NCBI GenBank assembly: GCA_964373695.1
Contig: CAYJVT010000003.1
Span: forward strand, 437-64,436
DNA length: 64,000 nt
Origin: an uncultured archaeon
GTDB lineage: Archaea > Aenigmatarchaeota > Aenigmatarchaeia > GW2011-AR5
Reading direction: 5' to 3'
The notes below the pieces were generated by a model. It was given only the letters and a program-made list of their open reading frames with translations. It was not told where the DNA came from and did not search any database. The position numbers and the translations under genes were made by a program. Of this stretch, positions 54,816 to 64,000 are shown in pieces (positions within the stretch are counted from its first letter, which is position 1; each line of letters begins with the position of its first letter).

Positions 54816-55034
54816 ATGACATCGACAAGATTCGATTTTTACGTGCACGGACTGTGGATAATAGGGGCCGTGCTGTTCTTCTTGGGCTCGATGATAGCAG
54901 GGAATGTCGAGTGGCTCGAAGGCACGACAGAGGCCAGCTTCGGCGTTTCCGTCGCAATCGCCTTCGTGCTGTTCCTCACCGCCGGAATGTGCTGGATCTC
55001 GGCAAGCGTCAATGCAAGGCACGAGCAAAAGTAA
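54816..55034 (+). CDS. Small membrane protein (2 TM)
   Basis: Hydrophobic helices only. Confidence 0.3.
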   Translation: MTSTRFDFYVHGLWIIGAVLFFLGSMIAGNVEWLEGTTEASFGVSVAIAFVLFLTAGMCWISASVNARHEQK

Positions 55035-55139
55035 ATTTTTATGAGAAGTACAGAAACTTATAGCAGGAAACAATGATTTTGGAACATTTTCTGCAAAGAC
55101 CGAAGGTCTTTGATATCAAAGCATTCGCATACCATGGAT

Positions 55140-55330
55140 TATAGTGAAACAATAAAATAATACCGGCATTATAGCTTGTTTCACATATATAGTGAACCAA
55201 ATAAATAAACAGGATATAACTTATTTGGTTCACATATAGTGCCCAAGAAAACTAATAATTATGATTGTTTTCTTGGAGCACTATAGTGCCCAATGATATA
55301 ATATCCTTTTTATTTCATTGGAGCACTATA
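55140..55330. repeat. AT-rich element copy B: tandem array (period about 45-49 bp, 4 units) of palindromic CAC(A)TATAGTG motifs
   Basis: Unit cores are TTGTTTCACATATATAGTGAACC, TTGGTTCACATATAGTGCCCAAG, TTGGAGCACTATAGTGCCCAATG and TTGGAGCACTATAAAGCC. The ends are near-identical to the reverse complement of 26896..26995. Confidence 0.75.
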
Positions 55331-55385
55331 AAGCCACGCTCATATATGAATGCTTATGATTTATGCAAAATGCTATTATATACAG

Positions 55386-55955
55386 CTATGCTGATTCTCC
55401 TTTCTTCATTTCGGGCAGGACTTCGGTCTTCCTGACCTCGATGCCGCCGACAGGGTATATCCTGCACACCTCTTTCCTGGCTATGTCCTGAAGCTCGCCG
55501 CTTATTATCATGCCCACGAAGTCATCGAATGCAGTCTTCTTCGCGATGTCGTCTATGATATCTATCGCATACGCGCGGCATGAATTCTTAATGGACGTGC
55601 CGACGCGCCTTATGAGGATGAATACTGTCTTCACGCGCATCCTGGCGCCGTCCTTGGTCACCACGTCCTGCACGCAGTCTATGCGCCTTCCCTGGCGCTG
55701 GACCATGCGGTAAAGGCGCTCCCTCATTATGTCATGCCCTATGAACTTGGTGAAAGCCTTGTCGCCCTCGACATGCACTATCTGGAACGCCGGCTTTAAG
55801 TAGAATTTCTGGTAGTTGTCGGAAAGTTCGAGCATGCTGACTTCTATCTTCCTTCCTATCAGGTTGGAGGGGTCTACTGAAAGGGTCTCGCCTATCTGCC
55901 TCTCGCCGAACGCCTTCGGGCTTATTATTTCATACCATTTCTTTTTCAATGCCAT
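55386..55955 (-). CDS. rps3ae: 30S ribosomal protein S3Ae (eS1)
   Basis: KKKWYEIISPKAFGERQIGETL N-terminus and conserved core. Confidence 0.9.
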   Translation of the reverse strand: MALKKKWYEIISPKAFGERQIGETLSVDPSNLIGRKIEVSMLELSDNYQKFYLKPAFQIVHVEGDKAFTKFIGHDIMRERLYRMVQRQGRRIDCVQDVVTKDGARMRVKTVFILIRRVGTSIKNSCRAYAIDIIDDIAKKTAFDDFVGMIISGELQDIARKEVCRIYPVGGIEVRKTEVLPEMKKGESA

Positions 55956-56038
55956 ATTATCTCAATTGATTAGTTATGAAATGCTTATAAGCATTGTTTC
56001 CCGGCATATTATAAAGTCTGGCAAATAACTATTATTCT

Positions 56039-57676
56039 ATGAGATATTCCGAGCTTGCAGGACTCTACGAAAAGCTCGAGTCAACGCCAAAGAAGCTCGA
56101 GAAGCGCGACATCCTCGCGGAATTCTACAGGAAGTGCGGCGACGACCTGTACAGCGTCGTCCTGCTTTCCATGGGCGAAGTGTTTCCCTCAAGTGAACAG
56201 GAGCTCGGCATTGCAAGAGGGCTCATGCAGCGCATAATCGCAAAGTCATGCGGTATTTCCGAGCACGACCTCGCGAAGAAATTCAAGGAGACAGGGGACT
56301 TGGGACTGACAGCAGAGCACTTCATCATGGCAAAGAAGCAGTCCAGCCTTGGAAGGAAGGAGCTGACAGTCGGGAAGGTCTTCGATAGCCTGAGGAGACT
56401 TCCTGACATAGATGGAGCCGGCAGCCAGGAGCGCAAGATATCCCTCGTATCGGAGCTTCTCGTTTTCGCCGGCCCGAACGAGGCCAAATACATCGTGCGC
56501 ACCATCCTCGGGGACATGCGAATAGGGGTCGCCGCCGGCATAGTACGCGACGCGATAGCCGCGGCGTTCGGGAAAGACAAAAAAGAAGTGGAGTCCGCAT
56601 ACGATGTAACAGGTGATTATGGCAGCGTTGCCCAGATGGCTAAACGCGGCACATTTACAGCAGAGCTGGAGATATTCAGGCCTGTGCGCGTTATGCTTGC
56701 CGACCATGCAAAAGACCTCAAGGAGGCGATGGAAAGTTTTGAGGAGCCTGCGGTGGAATGGAAGTACGACGGATTTCGCATAGCCGTCCACAAGGACGGG
56801 AGCAAGATAAAAATATTTTCCCGCCGCCTTGACGACGTCACGAGACAGTTTCCCGACATTGTTTCTATGGTGAAGGAGAACGTGAACGCGAAAAAATGCG
56901 TCATTGAAGGGGAGGCCGTTGCCGTGGATACAAAAGGCAATCCGCTTCCGTTTCAGTCACTTTCCCGCCGCATACAGAGAAAACATGAGATAGAGAAGAT
57001 GGTGAAGAGCATCCCCGTCCAAGTCAACATGTTTGATGTGATTTACTACAACGGCAGCTGGATGGAGAAGCCCCTGAAGGAGAGATGGCAGAAGCTGAAG
57101 GAGATAACGAAGGAGACGAAAAGCTTCAGGCTGGCCGACCATATAGAGACGAAAGATCACGGGAAAGCAGACGCTTTCTACAGGAAGGCGCTGGCTGCAG
57201 GGCAGGAAGGCGTGATAGTCAAGAACCTCCGGGCGAAATACCAGCCCGGGAAGCGCGTAGGATACTGGCTTAAGGTCAAGGAAATCATGGAGCCGCTTGA
57301 CCTGGTGGTAACGGGCGCGGAGTGGGGCGAGGGAAAGCGCGCAAGATGGATGGGCTCCCTCATACTTGCCGCGAGGCAAGGTGACGAGTTTGTCGAGACC
57401 GGACGGATGGCTTCAGGCCTGACAGAGGCGCAGATGGACGACCTGACAAAAGAACTGAAGCCGCTTATTCTTGGTGAAGACGGAAAAGTCGTGAAGCTGA
57501 AGCCCAAGATAGTCGTGGAAGTCGGCTACGAGGAGATACAGAAAAGCCCGAAATATCCTTCCGGATATGCATTGCGCTTTCCAAAACTTTTACGCCTCAG
57601 ACCCGATAAATCTCCAAATGATGCTAATACGATAAAGGACGTGGAGAAGATATACATGCAGCAAAAAAGAAATTAA
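56039..57676 (+). CDS. lig: ATP-dependent DNA ligase (Lig1-like)
   Basis: Adenylation motif EWKYDGFR (KxDG), DNA-binding domain and OB-fold domain. Confidence 0.9.
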   Translation: MRYSELAGLYEKLESTPKKLEKRDILAEFYRKCGDDLYSVVLLSMGEVFPSSEQELGIARGLMQRIIAKSCGISEHDLAKKFKETGDLGLTAEHFIMAKKQSSLGRKELTVGKVFDSLRRLPDIDGAGSQERKISLVSELLVFAGPNEAKYIVRTILGDMRIGVAAGIVRDAIAAAFGKDKKEVESAYDVTGDYGSVAQMAKRGTFTAELEIFRPVRVMLADHAKDLKEAMESFEEPAVEWKYDGFRIAVHKDGSKIKIFSRRLDDVTRQFPDIVSMVKENVNAKKCVIEGEAVAVDTKGNPLPFQSLSRRIQRKHEIEKMVKSIPVQVNMFDVIYYNGSWMEKPLKERWQKLKEITKETKSFRLADHIETKDHGKADAFYRKALAAGQEGVIVKNLRAKYQPGKRVGYWLKVKEIMEPLDLVVTGAEWGEGKRARWMGSLILAARQGDEFVETGRMASGLTEAQMDDLTKELKPLILGEDGKVVKLKPKIVVEVGYEEIQKSPKYPSGYALRFPKLLRLRPDKSPNDANTIKDVEKIYMQQKRN

Positions 57677-58087
57677 TCACTTGAGAACCATGCATGTATT
57701 GGTGCTTTTGATGCCCTTTATCTTCCTTATCCGTTCTATTACGGCATTCAGGCTCTTAACGGAATCCGACTGAACGAGGCATATTATCTCGTAGTTGCCC
57801 GAAGTCTCGTAGACGTCATCGATTCCCACGCTCCTTATCTTCTCTGCAACGGAACCTGTCGGCATGTCCGCGAACGTATTTATAAGGATTATACCCCCGA
57901 ACTCTTCCCTCGTATTCACGGTGAACTTCTTTATCTCGCCGGTAAGCACGAGATTCTTTACCCTGGCCCTGACGGCGCCCTCGGTGAGCCCGCTCCTTTC
58001 CGCTATTTTAACGAAAGCCGTCTTGGAGTTTTTCCTGAGAATCGATATTATCTTCCTGTCGGTATCGTCCATAATTATCATTTGCAT
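57677..58087 (-). CDS. Lrp/AsnC family transcriptional regulator
   Basis: HTH (DRKIISILRKNSKTAFVKIAERSGLTEGAVRARV) plus RAM/ACT-like C-terminal domain. Confidence 0.85.
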   Translation of the reverse strand: MQMIIMDDTDRKIISILRKNSKTAFVKIAERSGLTEGAVRARVKNLVLTGEIKKFTVNTREEFGGIILINTFADMPTGSVAEKIRSVGIDDVYETSGNYEIICLVQSDSVKSLNAVIERIRKIKGIKSTNTCMVLK

Positions 58088-58103
58088 GCCGGCGGTAAAA
58101 AGC

Positions 58104-59468
58104 CTAACTTCCGTTCAGGAACTCGTTGTAAAGGGCTTTCTGCGCCGCCGCGCTATATTTCCTCGGGACCATGTAGCCGAGCGATACCTTTCCGGGGTCC
58201 ATGTTGTAAATTATAGGAAATTTCTGGAGTGCTGCCGTTGCTCTTGCCGCTACTCCCATCGCGGCTTGCCTGTATCCGGAGCCGTTCTGGCTTTCCATCC
58301 CGTTTCCTACAACCCCTATCCATGCATAATCCGTGTGGCATTCCATTCTGGTGTCGCTTCTCCCGCCTAAAAGTCCTCCTAGAATACCGTCAATGTAAGT
58401 TCTGGAATCCCTGTCGAATTCCGGGACCATCAGACTGGCATGATCGTTTACAGCCATCAATGAAAATTCTATCCCTCTTTCTATGAGAACATTTTGCAGG
58501 CCTCTGATGTCACCATCTATTTCGTAAAGTATGATATCCCTTCCAGCGACAAGCTTCACGGTTTCCCTTTTTTCATCATGTGGGACTATTCTGGTTTTGT
58601 GCCCAGATATGTCAGCGTCCATGGTGACATATATCAACGGACGGGCGCCTTCCTTGTAACACATTTCGGCGCCTTCCACGGCCTTCCTTCCGGGAAGCTT
58701 TGCGCCGAGCGAGGCGGCATCTTTTGTCTCATTTATGTCGAGACATGATACTACGTCCTGTTCTTCCCCGCTGCCTTTCAGACCCGCATACCTGAGTATG
58801 CCCGGGACGTCGCTAAGTACCCACAGGCTGCCGGCTTGGAAGGCGTACATGTTGCCCATGGCTGAGGTATCGGAGCCGCCCCTTCCAAGGGTTTTGAGCT
58901 CCTTTCTCTTCCTGTCATATCCTCCGTATCCTGGAAGCACTGTGAACCTGTGTCTTTTCAATCCCGAAGCAGCTTCCCTTGAGGCATCAAAATCTATTCT
59001 GGCGTTGTGGCTGTCGCCCCGCACGATAAGCGGAAAATCCTCGTATGTGAAGTCTACGAATTCCGAGTCGATGCCATTTTCATCAAGCATGGCGTCGAAA
59101 AGAGTAGCCGCGAGCCTCTCGCCACTCATGTGGAGCGCGGCCGTGTTTCTCGGCGAGCCTGTCTGAATTCTTTCGAATTCACTGTAAATAGCTTTTCTCA
59201 AAGCCGTCAGCTGGCCGTTTTTTGTGTGCCTTGTCCGGATGCTTTCATGCATTTCCTCGAATTCTCGGAAGATTTCATCCGGCTCCATGCTTTTGGTGCC
59301 TTCCAGGGAATCCCGTATCCTGTCTGTCGCGCCGCCGTTAGCCGACACAACCACGACAACATCGTCATCGAAGTCCCTTATCTGCTCTATGATGCGCTGG
59401 TTCTTTTCCAGAGTGGCCCCGGATTTCCCGCCGATTTTTACTATACTGGTCATTCTACTCCATTGCAA
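58104..59468 (-). CDS. lysC: Aspartate kinase (amino-acid kinase family with C-terminal ACT domains)
   Basis: VKIGGKSG...VVVVSANGGATD kinase motifs. The C-terminal region has ACT-like repeats. Confidence 0.65.
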   Translation of the reverse strand: MQWSRMTSIVKIGGKSGATLEKNQRIIEQIRDFDDDVVVVVSANGGATDRIRDSLEGTKSMEPDEIFREFEEMHESIRTRHTKNGQLTALRKAIYSEFERIQTGSPRNTAALHMSGERLAATLFDAMLDENGIDSEFVDFTYEDFPLIVRGDSHNARIDFDASREAASGLKRHRFTVLPGYGGYDRKRKELKTLGRGGSDTSAMGNMYAFQAGSLWVLSDVPGILRYAGLKGSGEEQDVVSCLDINETKDAASLGAKLPGRKAVEGAEMCYKEGARPLIYVTMDADISGHKTRIVPHDEKRETVKLVAGRDIILYEIDGDIRGLQNVLIERGIEFSLMAVNDHASLMVPEFDRDSRTYIDGILGGLLGGRSDTRMECHTDYAWIGVVGNGMESQNGSGYRQAAMGVAARATAALQKFPIIYNMDPGKVSLGYMVPRKYSAAAQKALYNEFLNGS

Positions 59469-59518
59469 GGAAAATTATTTAAATATATTTCGTAAGTATT
59501 TTACGAATTTCGTAATAA

Positions 59519-59641
59519 TTAAAAGAACCGCCAGTCCGCAATCTCCGAGAAGCACAGGTTGGACTTGCATTTCGGGCATTCTTCTGGCATTTCCTCGCTT
59601 TCCATATTGTGTGCGCAGCAGATGCACTGGTATTTGTTCAT
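59519..59641 (-). CDS. Small zinc-ribbon (rubredoxin-like) protein, 40 aa; absent from ORF track
   Basis: MNKYQCICCAHNMESEEMPEECPKCKSNLCFSEIADWRFF has two CxxC pairs. The start ATG overlaps the glmS stop (ATGA). Confidence 0.45.
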   Translation of the reverse strand: MNKYQCICCAHNMESEEMPEECPKCKSNLCFSEIADWRFF

Positions 59642-61361
59642 TTGACAGTCACAACTTTCGACAGGTTTTTCGGCTTGTCTATAGGAAGACATTTCTCTTT
59701 TGCAATATGGTAAGTGAGAAGCTGTCCTGCTACCGTGGCGAGAACTGAGAATGAAACATCGTCCTCCGAAGGAATATTTATTGTCTCATATCCAAAACCA
59801 TTGTTCGATATTGATATAATCCTTCCACCTCTTGCCTCGACTTCCTTGGTATTTGACAATATATTTTCATCGCCTCCAGGAATTAGAGACAATACCGGAG
59901 TGCCTTCGTCGATCAAAGCCAAAGTCCCGTGCTTCAGCTCCCCTCCCATCATTCCTTCGGCATGTATGTAAGCTATTTCTTTGAGCTTCAAAGAAATTTC
60001 CCTTGATATAGGATAAGAAAACCCCCTGCCTATGATGTAAATATCATGCGCGTTCTTCAGCGTTTTTGCAATATTTTTTATTTTTTCTTCCTGACCGAAT
60101 AAATCCTTTATTTTCTCCGGCAATTTTTCAATCCCGTTTTTGTATCCGAAAAGCGAGGCAAGATATGACAGCGCGACAATCTGATTGACAAACGTCTTTG
60201 TAGCGGCAACGCATATTTCCTGGCCGGCGCAGATGTTTATTGAAATGTTCGACATTCTTTGCACAGTTGAATAGGGAACATTGACAAATGATGCTATTTT
60301 GACCCCTTTCTGCTTTATTCCACGAAGCGCCTGAATGACGTCCATAGTCTCGCCAGACTGTGTGACCGCTATGACAAGCGTTTTGTCGTCAAGAAGGGTG
60401 AAATTCCTGAATTCTGACGCGATTATCGTGTGGGCTTCTATGCCCGCCCTGTTCAGGAAATACACTCCGAGAAGCGAAGCATGGTATGAAGTGCCGGCGG
60501 CAACGAACACAACGCGCTTTGAATTTTCTATCAGATTCTTCAAATCATTTAATTTTTCATTTTGCTCATATTTCAGCGAATTAATCAACCTTTTGGCTAC
60601 CACAGGCTCTTCATGTATTTCCTTGAGCATATAGTGTTCATATTGCATTTTCTCCTCTTCTTTTGACACCCATTCAAATATCTGGATGTCCTTTTCAACC
60701 GGCACCAATTCGGAGCCATATTTATAGAATTTATAACTGTTTGCAGTTATTTCAGCAAATTCATCCTCATTGAAGAATATTGCCTTCTCGGTTTTGTCTG
60801 AAAATGCATAGATATCGCTCGCTATTACATTCCCGTCTTTCATGATTCCCAGCGAGAGGGGCGACCCGCGCTTCAGGGCGTAAAGCTTGCTGTCATCTTT
60901 TATCATGATTATTACAGCGAATTCCCCCCTCGCTATTCTGAAAAATTTTTCGACTGCTCCGGGCATCGATTTTGTCTTCAGTTCTTCCTCAAAGAAGTGC
61001 GTTATGACCTCGCTGTCGGTCTGACTTCTGAACATGTGCCCCTTTGCAATAAGCTCTTTTTTCAGTTCCGCATAGTTGTCTATTATGCCATTATGAACAA
61101 TGAAAATCCTGCCGTCGCATGACGAGTACGGATGCGCATTCTCTTTTGTGACACCGCCGTGGGTGGCCCATCTCGTATGCGCTATAGCAAGATTGCATGG
61201 CATGCTCTCCACATCACGTATCTCGCCTATTTCTTTTTCAAAAAGTCCCGTATCTGTTGCTATGCCAAACGAATCATATCCCCTGTATTCGAGGCGCTTT
61301 AGCATAGCCAGGGCTTCATTGGAGGAAAAATTCTTTTTTATAATTCCTATTATTCCGCACA
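59638..61361 (-). CDS. glmS: Glutamine--fructose-6-phosphate aminotransferase
   Basis: N-terminal nucleophile MCGIIGI and two SIS domains. The upstream in-frame extension is not used. Confidence 0.9.
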
Positions 61362-61367
61362 TGAACA

Positions 61368-62510
61368 TCACCTCAGCGGGGGCTGCACCCTCACATCCTC
61401 TTTCACCACTATGCACGGCGGCACCATGATGTTTGGCCATACCTTGCGGCCCGGCATGAACGTGGCGTTTACGCCTATCTTCACGTTGTCGCCCAGGAAT
61501 GCGCCCAGCTTCCTCCTGCCTGTCTGTATTTTTCCCCCCCTAACCACAGTGCTGACAGGCTTTTCGTCAAGGCGCAAATTCGCAAATATAGTGCCCGCCC
61601 CCACGTTGCAGTTCCTTCCGATAACTGAATCGCCTACATAACTCAGATGAGATACATGGGAATTCTCCATTACTATTGAATTCTTTATCTCGACGGCATT
61701 GCCGACCTTGCATCCGGCGCCTATGGACGAGAATTTCCTTATGTAGCAGTTGGGGCCTATGATGGCGTTGTCGCCTATGGCAACCGGCTCCTCTATGAAG
61801 GCGCCCGGTCTTATCTTGGCGCTGCCGGAAATCATGCTGCCGTTTTCCTGAAGCACCTTGGCGTTGGCGTCCAGGATGTCCCACGGGTAAGAGACTGTCT
61901 GCCATCCTTCAACCTCAACTGAATGGAATTCGGCGCCGTCCTTTATGGCAAGGTTTATGCCGTCCGTGAGCTCGTATTCGTTGCGTCCCGAAGGGCTGCT
62001 CTTTTCCAGATACTTGAATATAGAGTCGTTCAGCCTGTACATGCCGCAGTTGACCATCCCATTATTGGATGGCTGCTTTTCCAAAATCCTTCTGACTTTC
62101 CCGTCTTCCGTCCCAACCGAACCGAACCTCTCCGGGTGTTCGTGCCTTGAAACCGCAATGGCGCATCCCTCAGAATTAACGAATTTCCGGATGCCGTCCA
62201 TGCTGAAAAGGTCGTCCCCGTTGACAACCATGAATTCGCCTTTGACAACTCCTTTGCACTGAAGAAGCGCATGGCCCGTGCCTCTGGGCTCGTCCTGTAT
62301 GACTATTTCCTTCCCGGAGAAGTAGTCGATTATGTCTCTCTGCTCCTTCCTGGCTACTATTACCGGCTCTTTGAACTCCGACGCTATCCAGTGAAGAAGC
62401 GGCTTGTTGGCGACAGGCACCATCCCTTTCGACCTGCCAAGCGTGAGAGGCTCCAGGCGAGTGCCGAGGCCGGCTGCCAGAATGACGGCTTTCATCTCCA
62501 TACTCTTCAT
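61368..62510 (-). CDS. glmU: Bifunctional sugar-1-phosphate nucleotidyltransferase/acetyltransferase (archaeal GlmU-like)
   Basis: MKAVILAAGLGTRLEPLT nucleotidyltransferase motif plus C-terminal left-handed beta-helix hexapeptide repeats. Confidence 0.8.
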   Translation of the reverse strand: MKSMEMKAVILAAGLGTRLEPLTLGRSKGMVPVANKPLLHWIASEFKEPVIVARKEQRDIIDYFSGKEIVIQDEPRGTGHALLQCKGVVKGEFMVVNGDDLFSMDGIRKFVNSEGCAIAVSRHEHPERFGSVGTEDGKVRRILEKQPSNNGMVNCGMYRLNDSIFKYLEKSSPSGRNEYELTDGINLAIKDGAEFHSVEVEGWQTVSYPWDILDANAKVLQENGSMISGSAKIRPGAFIEEPVAIGDNAIIGPNCYIRKFSSIGAGCKVGNAVEIKNSIVMENSHVSHLSYVGDSVIGRNCNVGAGTIFANLRLDEKPVSTVVRGGKIQTGRRKLGAFLGDNVKIGVNATFMPGRKVWPNIMVPPCIVVKEDVRVQPPLR

Positions 62511-62569
62511 GGAAGACTTAAATACTGTTATTAATAATTTTATAATAATACTATAAAAAAAGTTATAAT

Positions 62570-63466
62570 GTGGTTTCAATGTATGTCGTGAACGAGGACG
62601 GCGAAAGAACACTTATACTGCCGGCAAAAGAGCTTCAGCTTTCCAAGGGCGTGGAACTGAAGATTCTTAACCTACTTTCCAAGAAACCCTCTTATCCGAA
62701 GGAGGTTGCGAAAAGGCTTAACCTACACGAGCAGAAGGTTTACTACCACTTCAGGCAGCTAGAGAAGAAAGGATTCGTGAAGGTCGTCGGTCGCGAGGAG
62801 AAAGGCGCCGCGGTTGCGAAGATATACGCCCTCGAGAAGCCGGCGTTCTTCATGCGATTCGCCGAATACGAGGCGTCGGAGCGCGTTCCGAGGGAAAACG
62901 CTTTCCTGGAGCCCTTCATAGTCAACGGCGCGCTGGACGCCAAGATAGTGATAGGGTCGCAGGAGCCCCACGGTCCCGAGAGAGCCAGGTCGCGCGATGC
63001 CGGCTACGCCGTGGAGCTGGGCATGTTCCTCGGAACATTCCTCACAAGCGTGGACAGCACCATGGTCCGCCAGGACATAGACATGCACGAGCATGACATG
63101 AGGGAGAACATGATAATAGTCGGCGGACCCGTGACGAACCGTGTATCCAGACTGCTTAACGCAAAGATGCCCATAAACTTCGACAGGAAGAAGAATGTCT
63201 ATTCCAGCGCAAGCGAGCGCACCTATTATCTGGACGAGACTGGCATCATAGTGAAGATGAAGAACCCCTTTGACGAGACGAAGCGCGTCCTGATATTCGC
63301 CGGGAAGCGCCACATGGGAACCAGGGCGGCCATACTGGCCGGCATAAGGCACCTGAAGGAGATAGAGAAGGGCAATTCAAAGAACCCGAAAATCTTCGCA
63401 AAGGTCGTGGAAGGCCTTGACGAGGACGGGGACGGCATAATAGACAGCGTGCAGTTCATGGAATAA
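62570..63466 (+). CDS. Winged-helix (ArsR/TrmB-like) DNA-binding protein with C-terminal domain of unknown function
   Basis: N-terminal wHTH (LKILNLLSKKPSYPKEVAKRLNLHEQKVYYHFRQLEKKGFV). Confidence 0.5.
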   Translation: MVSMYVVNEDGERTLILPAKELQLSKGVELKILNLLSKKPSYPKEVAKRLNLHEQKVYYHFRQLEKKGFVKVVGREEKGAAVAKIYALEKPAFFMRFAEYEASERVPRENAFLEPFIVNGALDAKIVIGSQEPHGPERARSRDAGYAVELGMFLGTFLTSVDSTMVRQDIDMHEHDMRENMIIVGGPVTNRVSRLLNAKMPINFDRKKNVYSSASERTYYLDETGIIVKMKNPFDETKRVLIFAGKRHMGTRAAILAGIRHLKEIEKGNSKNPKIFAKVVEGLDEDGDGIIDSVQFME

Positions 63467-63517
63467 TGCTTTAAATAGTTTAACATATAGTATAACTTAT
63501 TAAATAGGTAGTTAAAT

Positions 63518-63718
63518 ATGGTAAAAGCTCTTGTAAAAACAAAAACCCTTGGCGGCTCCATAGCTGTCATAATACCAAATGAAATAGTGAAAGAAGAAAA
63601 AATAAAGACTGATGAAGTGGTTGAAATAGACATAAAGAAAAGAAAAGCCATAGGATTCGGCATCTTCAAGGGCATCCGCTCTTTCTCGAAGGAGGACGAA
63701 TTTGATGACAAAAGATGA
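63518..63718 (+). CDS. vapB: AbrB/MazE-type (swapped-hairpin) antitoxin VapB
   Basis: LGGSIAVIIPNEIVKE is the SpoVT/AbrB fold signature. Its stop overlaps the following PIN gene. Confidence 0.7.
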   Translation: MVKALVKTKTLGGSIAVIIPNEIVKEEKIKTDEVVEIDIKKRKAIGFGIFKGIRSFSKEDEFDDKR

Positions 63719-64000
63719 TTATGTCCTAGATTCCTATGCATGGATAGAATTTTTCAAAGGAGAAAAAGAAGGAGAAATGGTGAAGAAAATAATTGACAAT
63801 ACGAAAAACCAGATATATACAAATGCGGTGAACATAGCCGAAATTATAAGCGTAACATTAAGAGAAAAAAAGGATTCTTCAAAGGCGATGGAAGCAATAA
63901 CATCTAATTCAAAGGTAATAGATGTAAACGACGAATTTTCAAAAGAAGTCGGAGAATTGCATGCAGAAATGAAATTAAATAACAGAAATTTTTCTTATGG
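63705..64000 (+). CDS. vapC: PIN-domain ribonuclease VapC (partial; runs off the window)
   Basis: MTKDDYVLDSYAWIEFFKGE... N-terminal acidic residue and PIN-like pattern. Truncated by the window end. Confidence 0.7.
   Translation, partial: MTKDDYVLDSYAWIEFFKGEKEGEMVKKIIDNTKNQIYTNAVNIAEIISVTLREKKDSSKAMEAITSNSKVIDVNDEFSKEVGELHAEMKLNNRNFSY

Noticed and set aside
55140-55330. Possible CRISPR array
   Set aside because: The repeats are only about 20 nt, degenerate, with four units and roughly 25-nt spacers. There are no cas genes, and a second inverted copy exists. It is better explained as a palindromic-motif array.

Overview
This is a gene-dense archaeal chromosomal segment, about 50% GC with compact, frequently overlapping genes. 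Most of it is information-processing core. It carries a complete condensin operon (RHH protein, SMC, ScpA, ScpB) whose SMC gene has a large intein with a LAGLIDADG endonuclease domain in the Walker A loop. Replication genes present are PriS, a GINS-like protein, the RFC large subunit, an ATP-dependent DNA ligase and an NreA-like protein. There are many ribosomal protein genes, including the S13-S4-S11-RpoD-tRNA-L18e-L13-S9-RpoN block, L7Ae-S28e-L24e, S27e-aIF2alpha-Nop10 and S2-RpoK. Also present are RNase P proteins Pop5 and Rpp30, aIF2beta, Cbf5, Bud32, ABCE1, ArgRS, deoxyhypusine synthase, and a polyamine pair (speE and speH) next to a SET-domain methyltransferase. Two class II tRNA genes (Ser-GGA and a probable Leu) carry introns of 47 to 53 nt. 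About 47.3-55.3 kb looks accessory: membrane proteins, tandem paralogs, an operon of two large uncharacterised proteins (545 and 578 aa, the second a split xylose-isomerase/EndoIV-like TIM barrel), a frameshifted ParB-like remnant, a nucleotidyltransferase-domain protein, and an AT-rich array of palindromic CACTATAGTG motifs. A second, inverted copy of that array sits in the L7Ae promoter region. Other structure: 25-bp perfect direct repeats bracket an rpl10e/ABC-transporter segment, and there are AT-rich islets with degraded ORFs. Several small genes are absent from the ORF track (Sec61beta, Nop10, Trm112-like, L24e, zinc ribbons). A VapBC pair sits at the window end. No CRISPR array, integrase or transposase was found.
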